A stretch of 64,000 nucleotides of DNA from Antedon mediterranea (taxonomy: Eukaryota; Animalia; Echinodermata), in assembly GCF_964355755.1 (NCBI RefSeq), contig NC_092673.1:5146001-5210000 (forward strand), read 5' to 3'. This document shows, piece by piece, positions 1-21,200 of the stretch. The notes under the pieces are model-generated. The model did no database searches, had not been told where the DNA came from, and was given only the letters and a program-made list of their open reading frames with translations. The translations under genes were made by a program, and so were the position numbers. Position 1 is the first letter of the stretch. Every line of letters begins with the position of its first letter.

Positions 1-425
1 CAGTACCCACTGTTTTGGGGCTAGAATATATCCCTAGCCATCAGCTCAAATTGTAACATCATGCTTGTTATCTGAAGGTTGTTGAGACGAGTCCCACACA
101 AGAATTGCTCACTTGTTTGTTCGTGTTCTCAGTGTACTGATTATACTTCAGCAGAGCAATATATCTGAAAATTAACTTAGCTCACAAGTTAAAAGAGTTC
201 TCATCGCATTTGTACCTATAGTGCACCTTAGAAATTAGTAGCAAAAATGATATTAAATAAGCCCAAATAGACTTATCCATGACTTTTGTCCCTTTTTGTA
301 GAAAAATGAACCCCTATAAAAATGTTGCTACTGGCTTGGCTCCTTCGCGCTAGCTACGTTTAGAAGTTTACAAGTATTGCCACTCTAAAAAAATCAATCT
401 ATGTTAGTTTTATAATATTCTATAA

Positions 426-10317
<9,892 letters not shown>

Positions 10318-10472
10318 TAAAATGTTATCATTAAAAACACTACCATCAACATGTATAACAGGAAACTGAAATATCATCAACTGATTTTTTATTTTTTCCA
10401 TACGCATCCAACAGTGAGTAAATTACAGGATGGATAAACTATTTTATAATTGACTTATTGTGCTTATAAACT

Positions 10473-10600
10473 AATTATCATTTGAGGCTTAGGGATTGGA
10501 GTTGAAAGAGTAGTGAGTTATAACCCTGGCGCTAGGTCAGGAGTGAACCCTTGACCATGGGATTGGGAGGCAAGCATGTTAACCACCAAGCTACTGCTCC
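10473..10600 (-). mobile_element. tRNA-derived SINE in the CCDC186 3' region
   Basis: Minus strand GGAGCAGTAGCTTGGTGGTTAA (A box)...GGGTTCACTCC (B box)...CTCCAATCCCTAAGCCTC. Related tails at ~36722 and ~50870. Confidence 0.55.
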
Positions 10601-11405
10601 ACTACTTCATTCATTCATTCATTCATTCATTTTACGTTTAATTCGGAAACTGACGTCCATAAATACAAAAAATAAGCACACTGGTATCAGATCATCTCAG
10701 GATCTCCATCAGACGATGTAAATGTTGTCCTTATTTGATTTGTTGTCATTAGCAACTTGTTACTAGGAACAGGGAGAAACAATTTATTTCTTTATGCTAG
10801 GAAGCACATGTCATGCACTGATTACTGTCATTACTTGAGAAGATATACACATATATTTATATCTGAATTAAATAGTGAAGAATGAAAATACTATAATATA
10901 CAACTGTTCTTTCAATTTTTATTTCATGGTAAATTGAGCTGTAGACAAAATGAAAATCTTCGTAGAATCTTCGTTCATTTTCCACCCTGTTTTTGTGCTC
11001 CAAACTCATAATTTCACTATTTTTATTGGACATACTGTATTTTTGTATTGGGACAGTTATATTTATGAATTTTTTAATCTATTTTTTTTAATTGGTTTTT
11101 TTTTCCAATAATAATTCTGTCCATTTTAAAAATTATTTGAGACCAAATTTGTTTGAAGTATGAAAAAGTATAAATACAGTATATTATTGTATAATGCATT
11201 ATTTTTATTTTTCAAAACCTTTTTTATTTAGCAACTTGTATCTGACCAAATTCAATTCCATTCTCAGGCAACCTTATGTCTACCATATTTTGGATAAATA
11301 CCCTTCCACATTATTCAAATTTTATGTACCAAACATTGCTGTACTCGTCAATGTGTGTGAAATCTAAAAATTAAAACACACCAGTAAAACGATACAGTAA
11401 TTGTA

Positions 11406-11480
11406 TTGTTGTTTTACGCTTAAGTTTATCTTGTTGTTTTATGCTTAAGTTTATCTTGTTGTTTTACGCTTAAGTTTATC
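11406..11480 (+). repeat. 25-bp tandem repeat x3
   Basis: TTGTTGTTTTACGCTTAAGTTTATC. Confidence 0.9.
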
Positions 11481-11771
11481 TCTGCACTTAGATTATGTAT
11501 AAATGTAAATAACTATTTTATTTTAATTGTTTTAGTTTTAAGAATTTAATATATAATTTAATATATTTATGGTGCTTGTACTCTATTTATTTCTAAAAAT
11601 ATCCCTTGATTCTGATCGATTATTGTTTACTTATTATATGAATCTAAATATTTATTATAATAAATTAAATATTTAAAAATCAACTTAAATTATGTGCACA
11701 AATGTTTATATCTAGATTTACTAATTGTTTTATTTAAAAAATAAATGTTAACTTTTTGGTTAAGTACTTAC

Positions 11772-11812
11772 TTGCTACGTTTCAGCTACTTTCAGTAGCC
11801 TTGGTCACGCAA
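11772..11812 (-). ncRNA. Minimal type I hammerhead-ribozyme-like motif in a Penelope pLTR remnant
   Basis: Minus strand TTGC GTGACCA A GGCTAC TGAAA GTAGCT GAAAC GTA GCAA: stem I TTGC/GCAA, 6-bp stem II, palindromic loopless stem III. Confidence 0.45.
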
Positions 11813-12167
11813 ATGACGTTGACATGATGTTCTGTCATTCGATTCGTCATAGTTGATGATGATGAATTGCGCCATCTGTCGTCTGAGGTTCAGCTTTCTG
11901 CTGGTGTCCCCCTTTGGATGCTCGGGTGTCCTTTTTTATTAAGTTATCGTTAATAAGTGTATTATTAGTATGTTCTGAAATACAGCTTCTTCATAATTTT
12001 GATTTGTATAATGGCAATGAATTGTCATTTGCTATGTAAGGACATATCATGCCCATATATGGTGTGAACCTAATGCAAGAAAGGGTATATTGTATAATCA
12101 TAAAAAGGCAATGTGTTCTATTTACAAGATACTTATCTTCCAGCAAATGGTATTTTTAATTAGCTAA

Positions 12168-12327
12168 TGCTCTGTCTACACTATCAAACTTTGTGTGACA
12201 AAAAAATGTGATGTGTTCATATATGGACATGATGATGTCATATTACTACCATATTTAAGCATGTCACTACCATATTTGGGCACATCACACTTTTTTGTCA
12301 AACTAGTTTGATAGTGTGGACAGAGCT
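12168..12327. mobile_element. Harbinger/Tourist-like MITE family (representative copy)
   Basis: TIR GCTCTGTCTACACTATCAAACT with TWA-like flanks. Further full or partial copies at ~1030-1158, 7190-7280, 12775-12910, 22697-22836, 33170-33240, 62110-62218 and 63236-63365. Confidence 0.7.
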
Positions 12328-13433
12328 TTAAAAGTTGATTTATTTGTGACTTGAGGGATATTTATTAAGATAAATGTTATTCTTCGAGGCAGATCCAGAC
12401 ATTTTTTAATAGTCTGTCAAAAAATAAATATAAAAACTAGTTCGTAATTTTATTTTTTTTTTTCTGCAAAAAGGAAGCGTGTCCCTAGTATTTGAGTACT
12501 TAATTAGTACTTTAAAAAAAAAATGTTTGCATAAAATGTAGCAATATGGTGTCTAATATAAATTGGATAAAACGGACTTCCAAGTTAAAATAGTGTAGTT
12601 AATATGTACTATATACAGTAGTGATATGTGATGATCTGTTTGTCTAAATATAAATATGACTGAAATAATATACAGATTATATAGTTAATAAATTTATGTC
12701 ACTGATACAGTATTCACATAATTTACCATATTGTGATTTAGTGTGTTATATGTTGCAATATTCATGTTATAGCAACACTATAAAAAAAATGTGATGTGCC
12801 CATATATGGACATAATGATGTCATGCCACTACCATATTTAAGCATATCACTACCATATTTGGGAACATCACATTTTTTTGTCAAACTAGTTTGATAGTGT
12901 AGACAGAGCTTTAAAAAGGCAACCGTCTCCCTGTGCTGAGATATAATACTATATAATTGTCATCTTCATTTGAATTACTTTTTTGATTTCGCACCACTGT
13001 ATTACTTTATTTAAAATGGGTTTAAATAAATGTCATTATTTTTAAATTGTAAATAAGAAGAATAAAGATCACACACATAGATACCATCTTGTTATTCAAT
13101 TTTTTTTTTGCTACTTCGATTGAATACTTTCAAAAAAAGTTTATGAAGAAATACAATTTGGATCGATCCTACAATTTTAATGTAGTCAAATTAAAATTTA
13201 ATTGTATTAAAATACAGTATTATCCATGAAATATGTAGGCCTACATTATTATTTGCAAGGTTTTATATGTCCGACCACCGTACCAATAGGTAACGTTAGA
13301 AACTTTTTTTATTCGTTGAGGGCGTTATACATGTTGTTTTTGTGGGCCGGGAAAAAACAATATTTATTTTTGCTGTCAAATCGAAAAGGTTTAGAAGGCT
13401 TTATGCATAGTTAAGTAACTTCTAGCACCAGCG

Positions 13434-16400
13434 ATGGTCTCACACTATTATTTCAGATCGATTTTATTCATTATAGTTACATTTGTTAATGGGTCTAGGC
13501 AGAACACTTTACTGCTAGGCCTAAGTGGTTGTCCTCAACTAGGATGCAACCCCAGTGGAGGGTTTTCGTTCACCGGCAACCTACCCCTTTCGAATGTTAC
13601 AGTACGATGGCAGAATGACGAAGGCGGCCAAGCTGACAGCACAGACTTTGGTTGTATTGGAACAACCGAAAGGATAGTGTGTCCTCTACGAGCTCCAAAC
13701 TCCACGTGAGTTGTCACTATTATTAATAATTATTTTTTATTTTGTCTTAAAATTAAATTAATTAAAATAATATTTTAATATTTATTATTAGCCTATACTG
13801 TCTTTAATCTTATACAATAGCTCCATGTAGAATGATAATAATTATTAATAATAATAAGATTGATTGAATAAGTTAATATACTGTAATTAAATACAAAATA
13901 GGCTGATTTAAATGCTTTTATTTTACAGACTCATGGGCCTAGATACACAGAATGGAAAGTTAGTCTGGCATAGCAACCTTTTACATTTTCCTAGAATGCC
14001 TTTGATAGATATCTACAGTGACACCATAGCATGTGATGGAAGCCTCCTTGTGCCCTATGATAGTGAAGGCAATCTACGAGGAACGCCAATTCCATTTACA
14101 CCATCAATGAATCCTGTATTCAGGTACCTTTCGAATGCGGTCTAATGCGGCTAAGGCCTGGTATCTAGGGGCCCGGTATCACCTGGTAGGGGCCCGGTAT
14201 CGCCTGGTAGGCCCAGTTTCGTCAGGTAGGGGCCCGGTATCGCCAGGTAGGGGCCCGGTATCGCCAGGTAGGGGCCCGATATCGCCTGGTAGGGGCCCGG
14301 TATCGCCTTGTAGGAGCCCGGTATCGGCAGGTAGGGGACCGGTATCGCCAGGTAGAGGCCCGGTATCCCCTGGTATGGTTTTATGATATAAAATGATGTC
14401 AAGTACATGTTATTAACATGCTTTAGTCGTAAATTTTACTTTTATATATTTTCTTTCCAGAACCAAGTTAAAATCAGTTAAAATATTGTTATTTTTCACA
14501 GAGGCCGGTCTTCAGTTTCGGAAAAAACATAACCAGTATTTTTACAGTTTTTTATATTAAATAATGTACTATATAATAAAAAACGTACAAATAAATCAAT
14601 TAAATATTACAATAACATTTATAGTATGTTAGTAAGTAAATGTAACATACAGTATATCATAAGATCATACCAGAAGATATCGGGCGCAGCTTACCATGAC
14701 CCTTCAAATGTGGTTAAATATTTATTTGCTGGTGAACGCTGTCAAGTAGCGTAGTCAACGTTTTACTTTATTTATAGTTGGGAAAACTTCATCAACCTCG
14801 GGAAGGAATGGGGTTATCTCAAAGAAATCTTACAGTGTGCTATTAATATTTCATGAGGAAAGTGGATTTGAATCAAGCACTTTGAGATTTAAAAGCAGGC
14901 ATCTTGCAAATGAACCATTCAGACTCCATTTCCAATTTACAATTGAATGTTTACTGTACAGTACATACATATATAGTGAATATTGAAATCATAAATCTGT
15001 CTATTTTTCTTTCAGTTTGTCGTTAACAGATAACGATGCCTTCATTATATCTGGTTATGACGGCAAACTTGTCACGTACCTTACAGGTAAGTTTATTAAA
15101 TTATAGCCATTCATTTTATTGTGAAACCTTATCGCATTGCTTGTCTCCTTAAGGCCAATTTACACAGACGAGGGGTAACAGTTAGGCGCAGTGTGTTGGA
15201 TGCTGGATTACTGATTGTGGTTGGAATCCATTTCTAGCTGCATTGCTGGTATCCTTAGGCAAGGCACTTGCCTCTCTCCACCCAGGTGTATAAATAGGTA
15301 CCCGGTTAGATCAAAACACAACTTTGCGCTGATTACTAGCTGCATTATTATGGGAGTATGTTTCCATACGTGTTTGATCCAAAAAATGACTGGGGTAATA
15401 ATGTGCTATATAAAGCGCCTTTGAGCATGATTATTCATGAAAAGGGAGCTATATAAAAGTGGTATGACTATTAAAAATATAGAACGTTATTTCTTATTAC
15501 CATAATTATACGCGGGAGGTTGAGCGGCAACTTAAAGATGTATTGTCCCCAAAAAACATGAAAAAGGAAGATTAATTAAATCAGACCTTGAATAGGTTAT
15601 TTTGTAGATTTAATAAAGTTAATCACTTCCATAGAAAAAAAAATTTAAAAAAAAATTGACTTGTAAAATGACAAAATAAATGGTTAAATTCAACCAAAAA
15701 TCTATTGGCTGACAGCCAATTTGACCATTTTTTGCTTTAAATTAAATTACATTTTTTTCAGGTAAATACATTTTTTATGGATAAGTGGATAACTATTATG
15801 TTATATTAAAATGGAATATTAAAAAAAAATGTTTTAAGAATTATTTTTTTATGGGACAATACATCTTTAAGTTGTGTTTTCCTCGCTTCTTTATTTAAAT
15901 GTTCTCCCCATAGATCCAATGTAGCCCAAAAAAATTCCATATTTATTTTATTTTCAGATGGCGTAATCCATGCTTCTATATTCTTAAAAGCAAACATTGA
16001 CGGAGTTAATGGGACGTTTGTCCCTATTGTTACACCAGTGGTGGCTGGACATCGAGCCTACTTTCTAACACATTTCAGGCCTGACACTAGAGGGCATAAA
16101 TCAAAGGTATTCTAAAGCATATCAGTTTTAAACATCTTTTTCTAAAGAAACAGAAATGCTTTTCGATATTGTATTATTGTTTTTGCACTTTGTTGTTTTT
16201 CAGGATGTTTTGCCAGTTTTTAGACTTTATGCTGTTGATATTTTACGTCAAGCTGTCGACAGAATGAAAATCATATGGTTTCATACGTTCAAAAACAAAA
16301 GTTATGCTTCAAACCATGAAACAAAATATAGTCAAACTAATAAAAATTCAAACAAACAAAATTGTGTAGTGACTAAAGGCACAAGGGTTTTTGTAACATT

Positions 16401-16998
16401 AAATGCTAAATCTTTAGATGGTTTAATAGACGGTAAGCAATTGGTTAATAATCCAGTGAACTATCCATATCTAACTAATTCTGACCAATCAGAAACATTG
16501 TTATATGGCTTCAATGATACAGGATTAAGTTATGATATTTTGTTTAGTGATACTAAACCGTTTGTTGCATTGAGTGCAACTATTGACGTTTCTGACGATT
16601 CGGTTAATTTTTGGGCAGCTACTAACTCATCAATTTACAAAATAAATGGTTTAAACGGCCAAGAACTTGCAAAATTTAATCTAGCATCCATCTTTGGGGA
16701 ACCAGTTATATTGACATCAAAATTGATGGTTGTTAAGAAAGTTGGCACGAGCGAGGGAATCTTAATTCTGATAGCGGTGTCGTGTGTTGAAGAACATTGC
16801 AAATTTTCTGGCACGCAAAAACATTTTGTATGTCTGATAGATGTAAACACTAAAAAATTACTATGGGCGGTTGAAACACCTGAAGATCGAGCCGTGAAAG
16901 GTCAGCTGATAGGTATGTCATCCTCCAATGAACATGAAAGTAAGGATCTTATTGTAGCATCTGCTGAAGGAATTATATTTGCAATAGCAGGCTATTAG
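13434..16998 (+). CDS. Uncharacterised secreted protein, ~493 aa, with PQQ/BamB-like beta-propeller repeat motifs
   Basis: Five phase-consistent exons: 13434-13705, 13929-14123, 15016-15086, 15958-16106, 16204-16998 (1482 nt, no internal stop). Hydrophobic N-terminal signal peptide (MVSHYYFRSILFIIVTFVNG). Blade-like motifs LMGLDTQNGKLVW, IYKINGLNGQELAKF, VCLIDVNTKKLLWAV and a C-terminal GIIFAI strand. Confidence 0.8.
14160..14375 (+). repeat. GC-rich 21-bp minisatellite (~10 copies) in intron 2 of the beta-propeller gene
   Basis: Unit approximately GGTAGGGGCCCGGTATCGCCA. Confidence 0.9.
15180..15470 (+). mobile_element. Degenerate SINE with conserved-core (Deu/Nin-like) segment
   Basis: CCTTAGGCAAGGCACTT...CTCTCCACCCAGGTGTATAAATAGGTACC core and an AAAGCGCCTTTGAG...GCTATATAAA L2-like tail. 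Confidence 0.5.
15536..15866. mobile_element. Kolobok-like MITE (TTAA TSD); other copies at ~22305-22562, 29505-29835 and 36204-36479
   Basis: TTAA|AGATGTATTGTCCC ... GGGACAATACATCT|TTAA. Confidence 0.7.
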
Positions 16999-17071
16999 GC
17001 AGATCTAGCTCGTCGCAATGCTGTTTATATGCGAGCTGTGTGAGTAGATCACTGCAAGACGTATGTGAATA

Positions 17072-18271
17072 CCGTAAATCTTCTAATAGTAACCCACACT
17101 CCAATAGTAACCCCCCTTCTAATAGTAACCCACCTTATAAGTCAATCTATAATAATAACCCACTACTCTAATAGTAACTCATGGGGGTTACTATTAGAGT
17201 CACAAAAACTATTGACAATGACATTATGAAGACTGGTCATTTATGATGCAGCCGTATTTTGAAAATGCATGTTGATCTCGGGGGGTTTTGCTAAACACAA
17301 CAAACCCCCGCAAACCTCCAAAAAAACATAGCAAACCCCACCGAACCAACATAAAAGTGATTGAATCATGTAGTATACAACCCACTGGGTTTATCAATGT
17401 AAAACAAAAATTAAATTTCTACTGTAAAACATCATTTTTTGGTCAAAAATGATTGCTAAACCCCGCAAACCTCCAAAAAACCATAGCAAAGCCCACCGAA
17501 CCAACATAAAAGTGATTGAATAATGTAGTGTACGACCCACTGGGTATATAAATTATTAAATTTCTACTGTTAACTACTTTTTTGGGGATAAAACATCATT
17601 TTTTGGTTAAAAATTAGCAATCATTTTTGACCAAAAAATGATGTTTTACCCCAAAAATAAGTAGTTAACAGTAGAAATTTAATATTTTTTTAACATGAAT
17701 ATACCCAGTGGGTTGTACACTACATGATTCAATCACTTTTATGTTGGTTCGATGGGGTTGGCTATATTTGTTTGGAGGTTTGCAGGGTTTAGCAATCATT
17801 TTTGACCAAAAAATGATGTTTTACCACAAAAATAATTAGTTAACAGTAAAAATGTATTATTTTTTTTACATGGATATACCCAGTGGGTTGTACACTACAT
17901 GATTCAATCACTTTTATGTTGGTTCGATGGGGTTTGCTATGTTTTTTTGGAGGTTTGCGGGGGTTTGCGGGGTTTGCGGTGTTTAGCAATACCCATCTCG
18001 GGAGTTGGGGGAGATTGAGTGTTTTTGAGTTTATAAAATAAATAGAGTTCAACCAAATTTGTTTATTCGTACTGTTTTGTTATTTTTCTATGAGTTGCTG
18101 ACCGGAAAAGTGGGGGGTGGGTTACTATTTTCAGGTGCCTAATTTAAGATTAGTAATAGTAACCCACTACTCTAATAGTAACCCCCCCCCCCCATCCCCT
18201 TCTAATAGTAACCCACCCTAAAAAACAATCAAAGAATAATAAACCCAGGGTTACAATTAGAAGATTTACAG
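17072..18271. mobile_element. pogo/Tc1-mariner-like MITE (TA flanks) carrying a nested foldback element
   Basis: TIR CCGTAAATCTTCTAATAGTAACCC / GGGTTACAATTAGAAGATTTACAG, with TA on both sides and repeated TCTAATAGTAACCC subunits. Confidence 0.7.
17283..17994. mobile_element. Foldback-type palindromic element (Merlin/MuDR-like GGG...CCC ends, 8-bp TSD)
   Basis: TSD ATCTCGGG at 17275-17282 and 17995-18002. Each arm has two ~170-bp subrepeats. Near-perfect dyad centred at ~17613. Confidence 0.75.
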
Positions 18272-21200
18272 TACGCATATTAACTTTAATAATAAGAGGT
18301 AACCCTAATTAAGGGGGTCCCTGTGAAATGTTCGGGGGCCAATATATGTTTTAAAACTACAGCCAACTATTTTTTAGGGACACCTCTATTAAGGGTACTG
18401 AAGGTGTCGCCTATAAAATAGGGGTTGTTTGTGTTATAAGATGTTCACTTTCCATGGCATTAATAAACATTTTTTATATTAAAAAAATAATAACTAAAAT
18501 TACTAAAATAAATAAGAGGTGGGGTGTATATAAAAATATTGTATTCGATTTTTGAACTATTGATAATTTATAGTACAGTATATATATTTGCATCATTTAT
18601 ATAATAAAGACAATCAAAACAAAAATGTATTAAAAAATTACGTCGTGTCGTGTGATATACCGTTTAATGAAGTGAGCCCTCTAGAGAAAGAAGAAGTGGT
18701 AACCGCGATAAGAATGTGTAAAGTTTCCCATTCATAATTTACTACAGCACAGGTATAATAATAATTTATTTAGAGTTTACAGCTTTACAACAGTGGCACT
18801 TGACCAAGCGGAAGGTGCATCCATAAGAAATATACACACACAAAAACATCATATAGTAAACAACAATTACAATAAAAGGTCGATGTAGGTCAACATGTCA
18901 AAACCATTCGACTACAGTAACTACAATACCATTGATAATTATCACTACCAATCGTATATTATTAGGTACAGACATCTCTGATGTATCTGTAAGGTTTATT
19001 TATTTATTAGGCCTATCCTGTATTTTTGTTGTTCAGTTTTTAATTTTGTAGTTATATATACAGTATTGTACAATTTACGTATTATGTATTTTCATACAGA
19101 TTTAATTAATTAATTAATTAGTTTACATTTTGTTTTGATGTTATGTATTAGTATTTAGAACTTTGTGGCTTATGTTATTTGTAATTCTGTCTGTAAATTG
19201 GATGCACCATTAACTGATAAATGTGTGCCACCGATATAAAGGTGATTCCTATGAATAAATAAATAAATAGGTATTATGTAAGGTTTGAAATCCCAATAAA
19301 TGCAAACGCAAAAGTTCAGTTCGTGATGGTCCTTTTTTTTTAATTTATTTATTTATTCTGGTTTATTAAAACAAAGACATGGCAGTACAAAACTGAATTG
19401 CGTCCAGTAACATTAACATAAAAATATATCAAAAACGAGCAAAATTTACACAAACATCCAATATAATAAATGTGTTCAATGATATATCAACGATGCCAGG
19501 TCTATGTAGATGTGTGTATAGATTTTAACAGTTTGCCTATGAATGAGGTTTTGTTTTGTTTTATTTTTACCAGTTACAGATTCAATTTTATCCCATCTAA
19601 AAATAAACCATTTTTAAGATTCTAGAAGTTAGATTTGTTTTTGGTGATTTATATTTTTAGTTCATTTTTTTGACGGAATTTCTGATAATGTTTTTTTTTA
19701 TCTGGTTGCATGCGGCGTGAGAAGATAACATTACCTTTCACTTTTTTTGTTATACCACACATTTCAAAACAACGGGAATTAGGCGGCCTACTCGCAATAG
19801 GTCATCTTGTAAAAAGTAGGCCTGTGTGTATTTTTGTTTTGTAAATTATTGGTTTTATTTTTTGATATCTTCGGTTTCTAAATGTTGTAATAGTTCAGTT
19901 GAGTTCAAACAAGACCGCGTAGATGATGTGGGTTAAAGGTCATCTTTTGGTGGCCGATTTTGACGTGCCAGTTGTGGTCAACAAATAATATGGTATCATT
20001 TTGAAGGCTGTAGAAATGGTGAAAAGAAATATACATATTGTAATACCGTACGGTATAACATCTACAATGATCGAGATAAATATACGGTATATTATTATAT
20101 TTGTTATGAGACCCATTCATGCTCCCTTTTTTACGGTATATTTTTGGCAGCATAGCATGCAGAAAGGACGTATTTGGATGATGTCCAAATACGGCGGCCG
20201 TGGCCCAAATATAGAACCACCGTATTGAAAAGCGTATACAGTTGAATCCAACATGGGTTTTATTTTAATCACAATCAGTGCCGAGGCGAATCCAGAAATA
20301 GCTTACGTATAAAAAAAAATAAATAAAATAGGTCTACTATACTATTGAATTTGAAGAATTATGAATATTAATCTAACATTAATTGAATGAATTGATCGAA
20401 ATGCTATAAATGAAAATAAAATAATTTAAAAAGAATCATGGACCTAATTTAGGTCATTGGATGGGAGGAGGTTACAAAAGAAGCCAAGTCCGCCACTGCT
20501 CTGTGGGTCCACATGTCAATGATTCAAAGACAATATATCATATGCCTAATAATATGTCAAATATTGGAATACACTATTATTTATACTCAGTGGAATGTTC
20601 ATCGAAACAAATACTGTTTAGCAATTTTACAAAATGTTAAAACAATATCTATTTAGCTAAAGATTATACAATGATTATACTGAAAAGAATTAAAGAAGTA
20701 CCGCCCTTTGATGTCGCCGACACGTTTCGGACTGCGTGAATAATCGCAGATAAATGACGTTGCTCTTGATCGTTGTTTATAGAGTAAGACCCTATTGTAA
20801 GTGTTTTATTCGGTTAATATTTATTTTCTAATGTTTTTATTTTGTTTACAAACAAAATTAAAATTGCATATTTGTTCACCGGTTGAGTAAAATGTGGACT
20901 TCAAATGCTATTTTACAATTCATGTATTACACTATATATAGCCTCGATTTTTGTTTTGTTCTGTTCTGAATTGCTTTCCTATTTAAAAATTGAATGCTTG
21001 TATAGATTTGGATTTATATAGAATTAACCTCCAATGAATGTTAAAACAACAAATTAACATAAAATGAGTAATCCAATTGCCATGACACGAGTGATTGATA
21101 CTAAATAATTATACTAAACCTCCTACAGCGTGCTTGGGCTACGCCCTGCTGGTACCACTCATCCCCCTATTCCTGGCGCCAATGCTGGCACTGAGTGATT

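Noticed and set aside
14135-14408. GPVSPGR / PGPYLAI repeat ORFs (collagen- or CTD-like look)
   Set aside because: By-product of an intronic 21-bp minisatellite; the flanking exons splice in frame without it.
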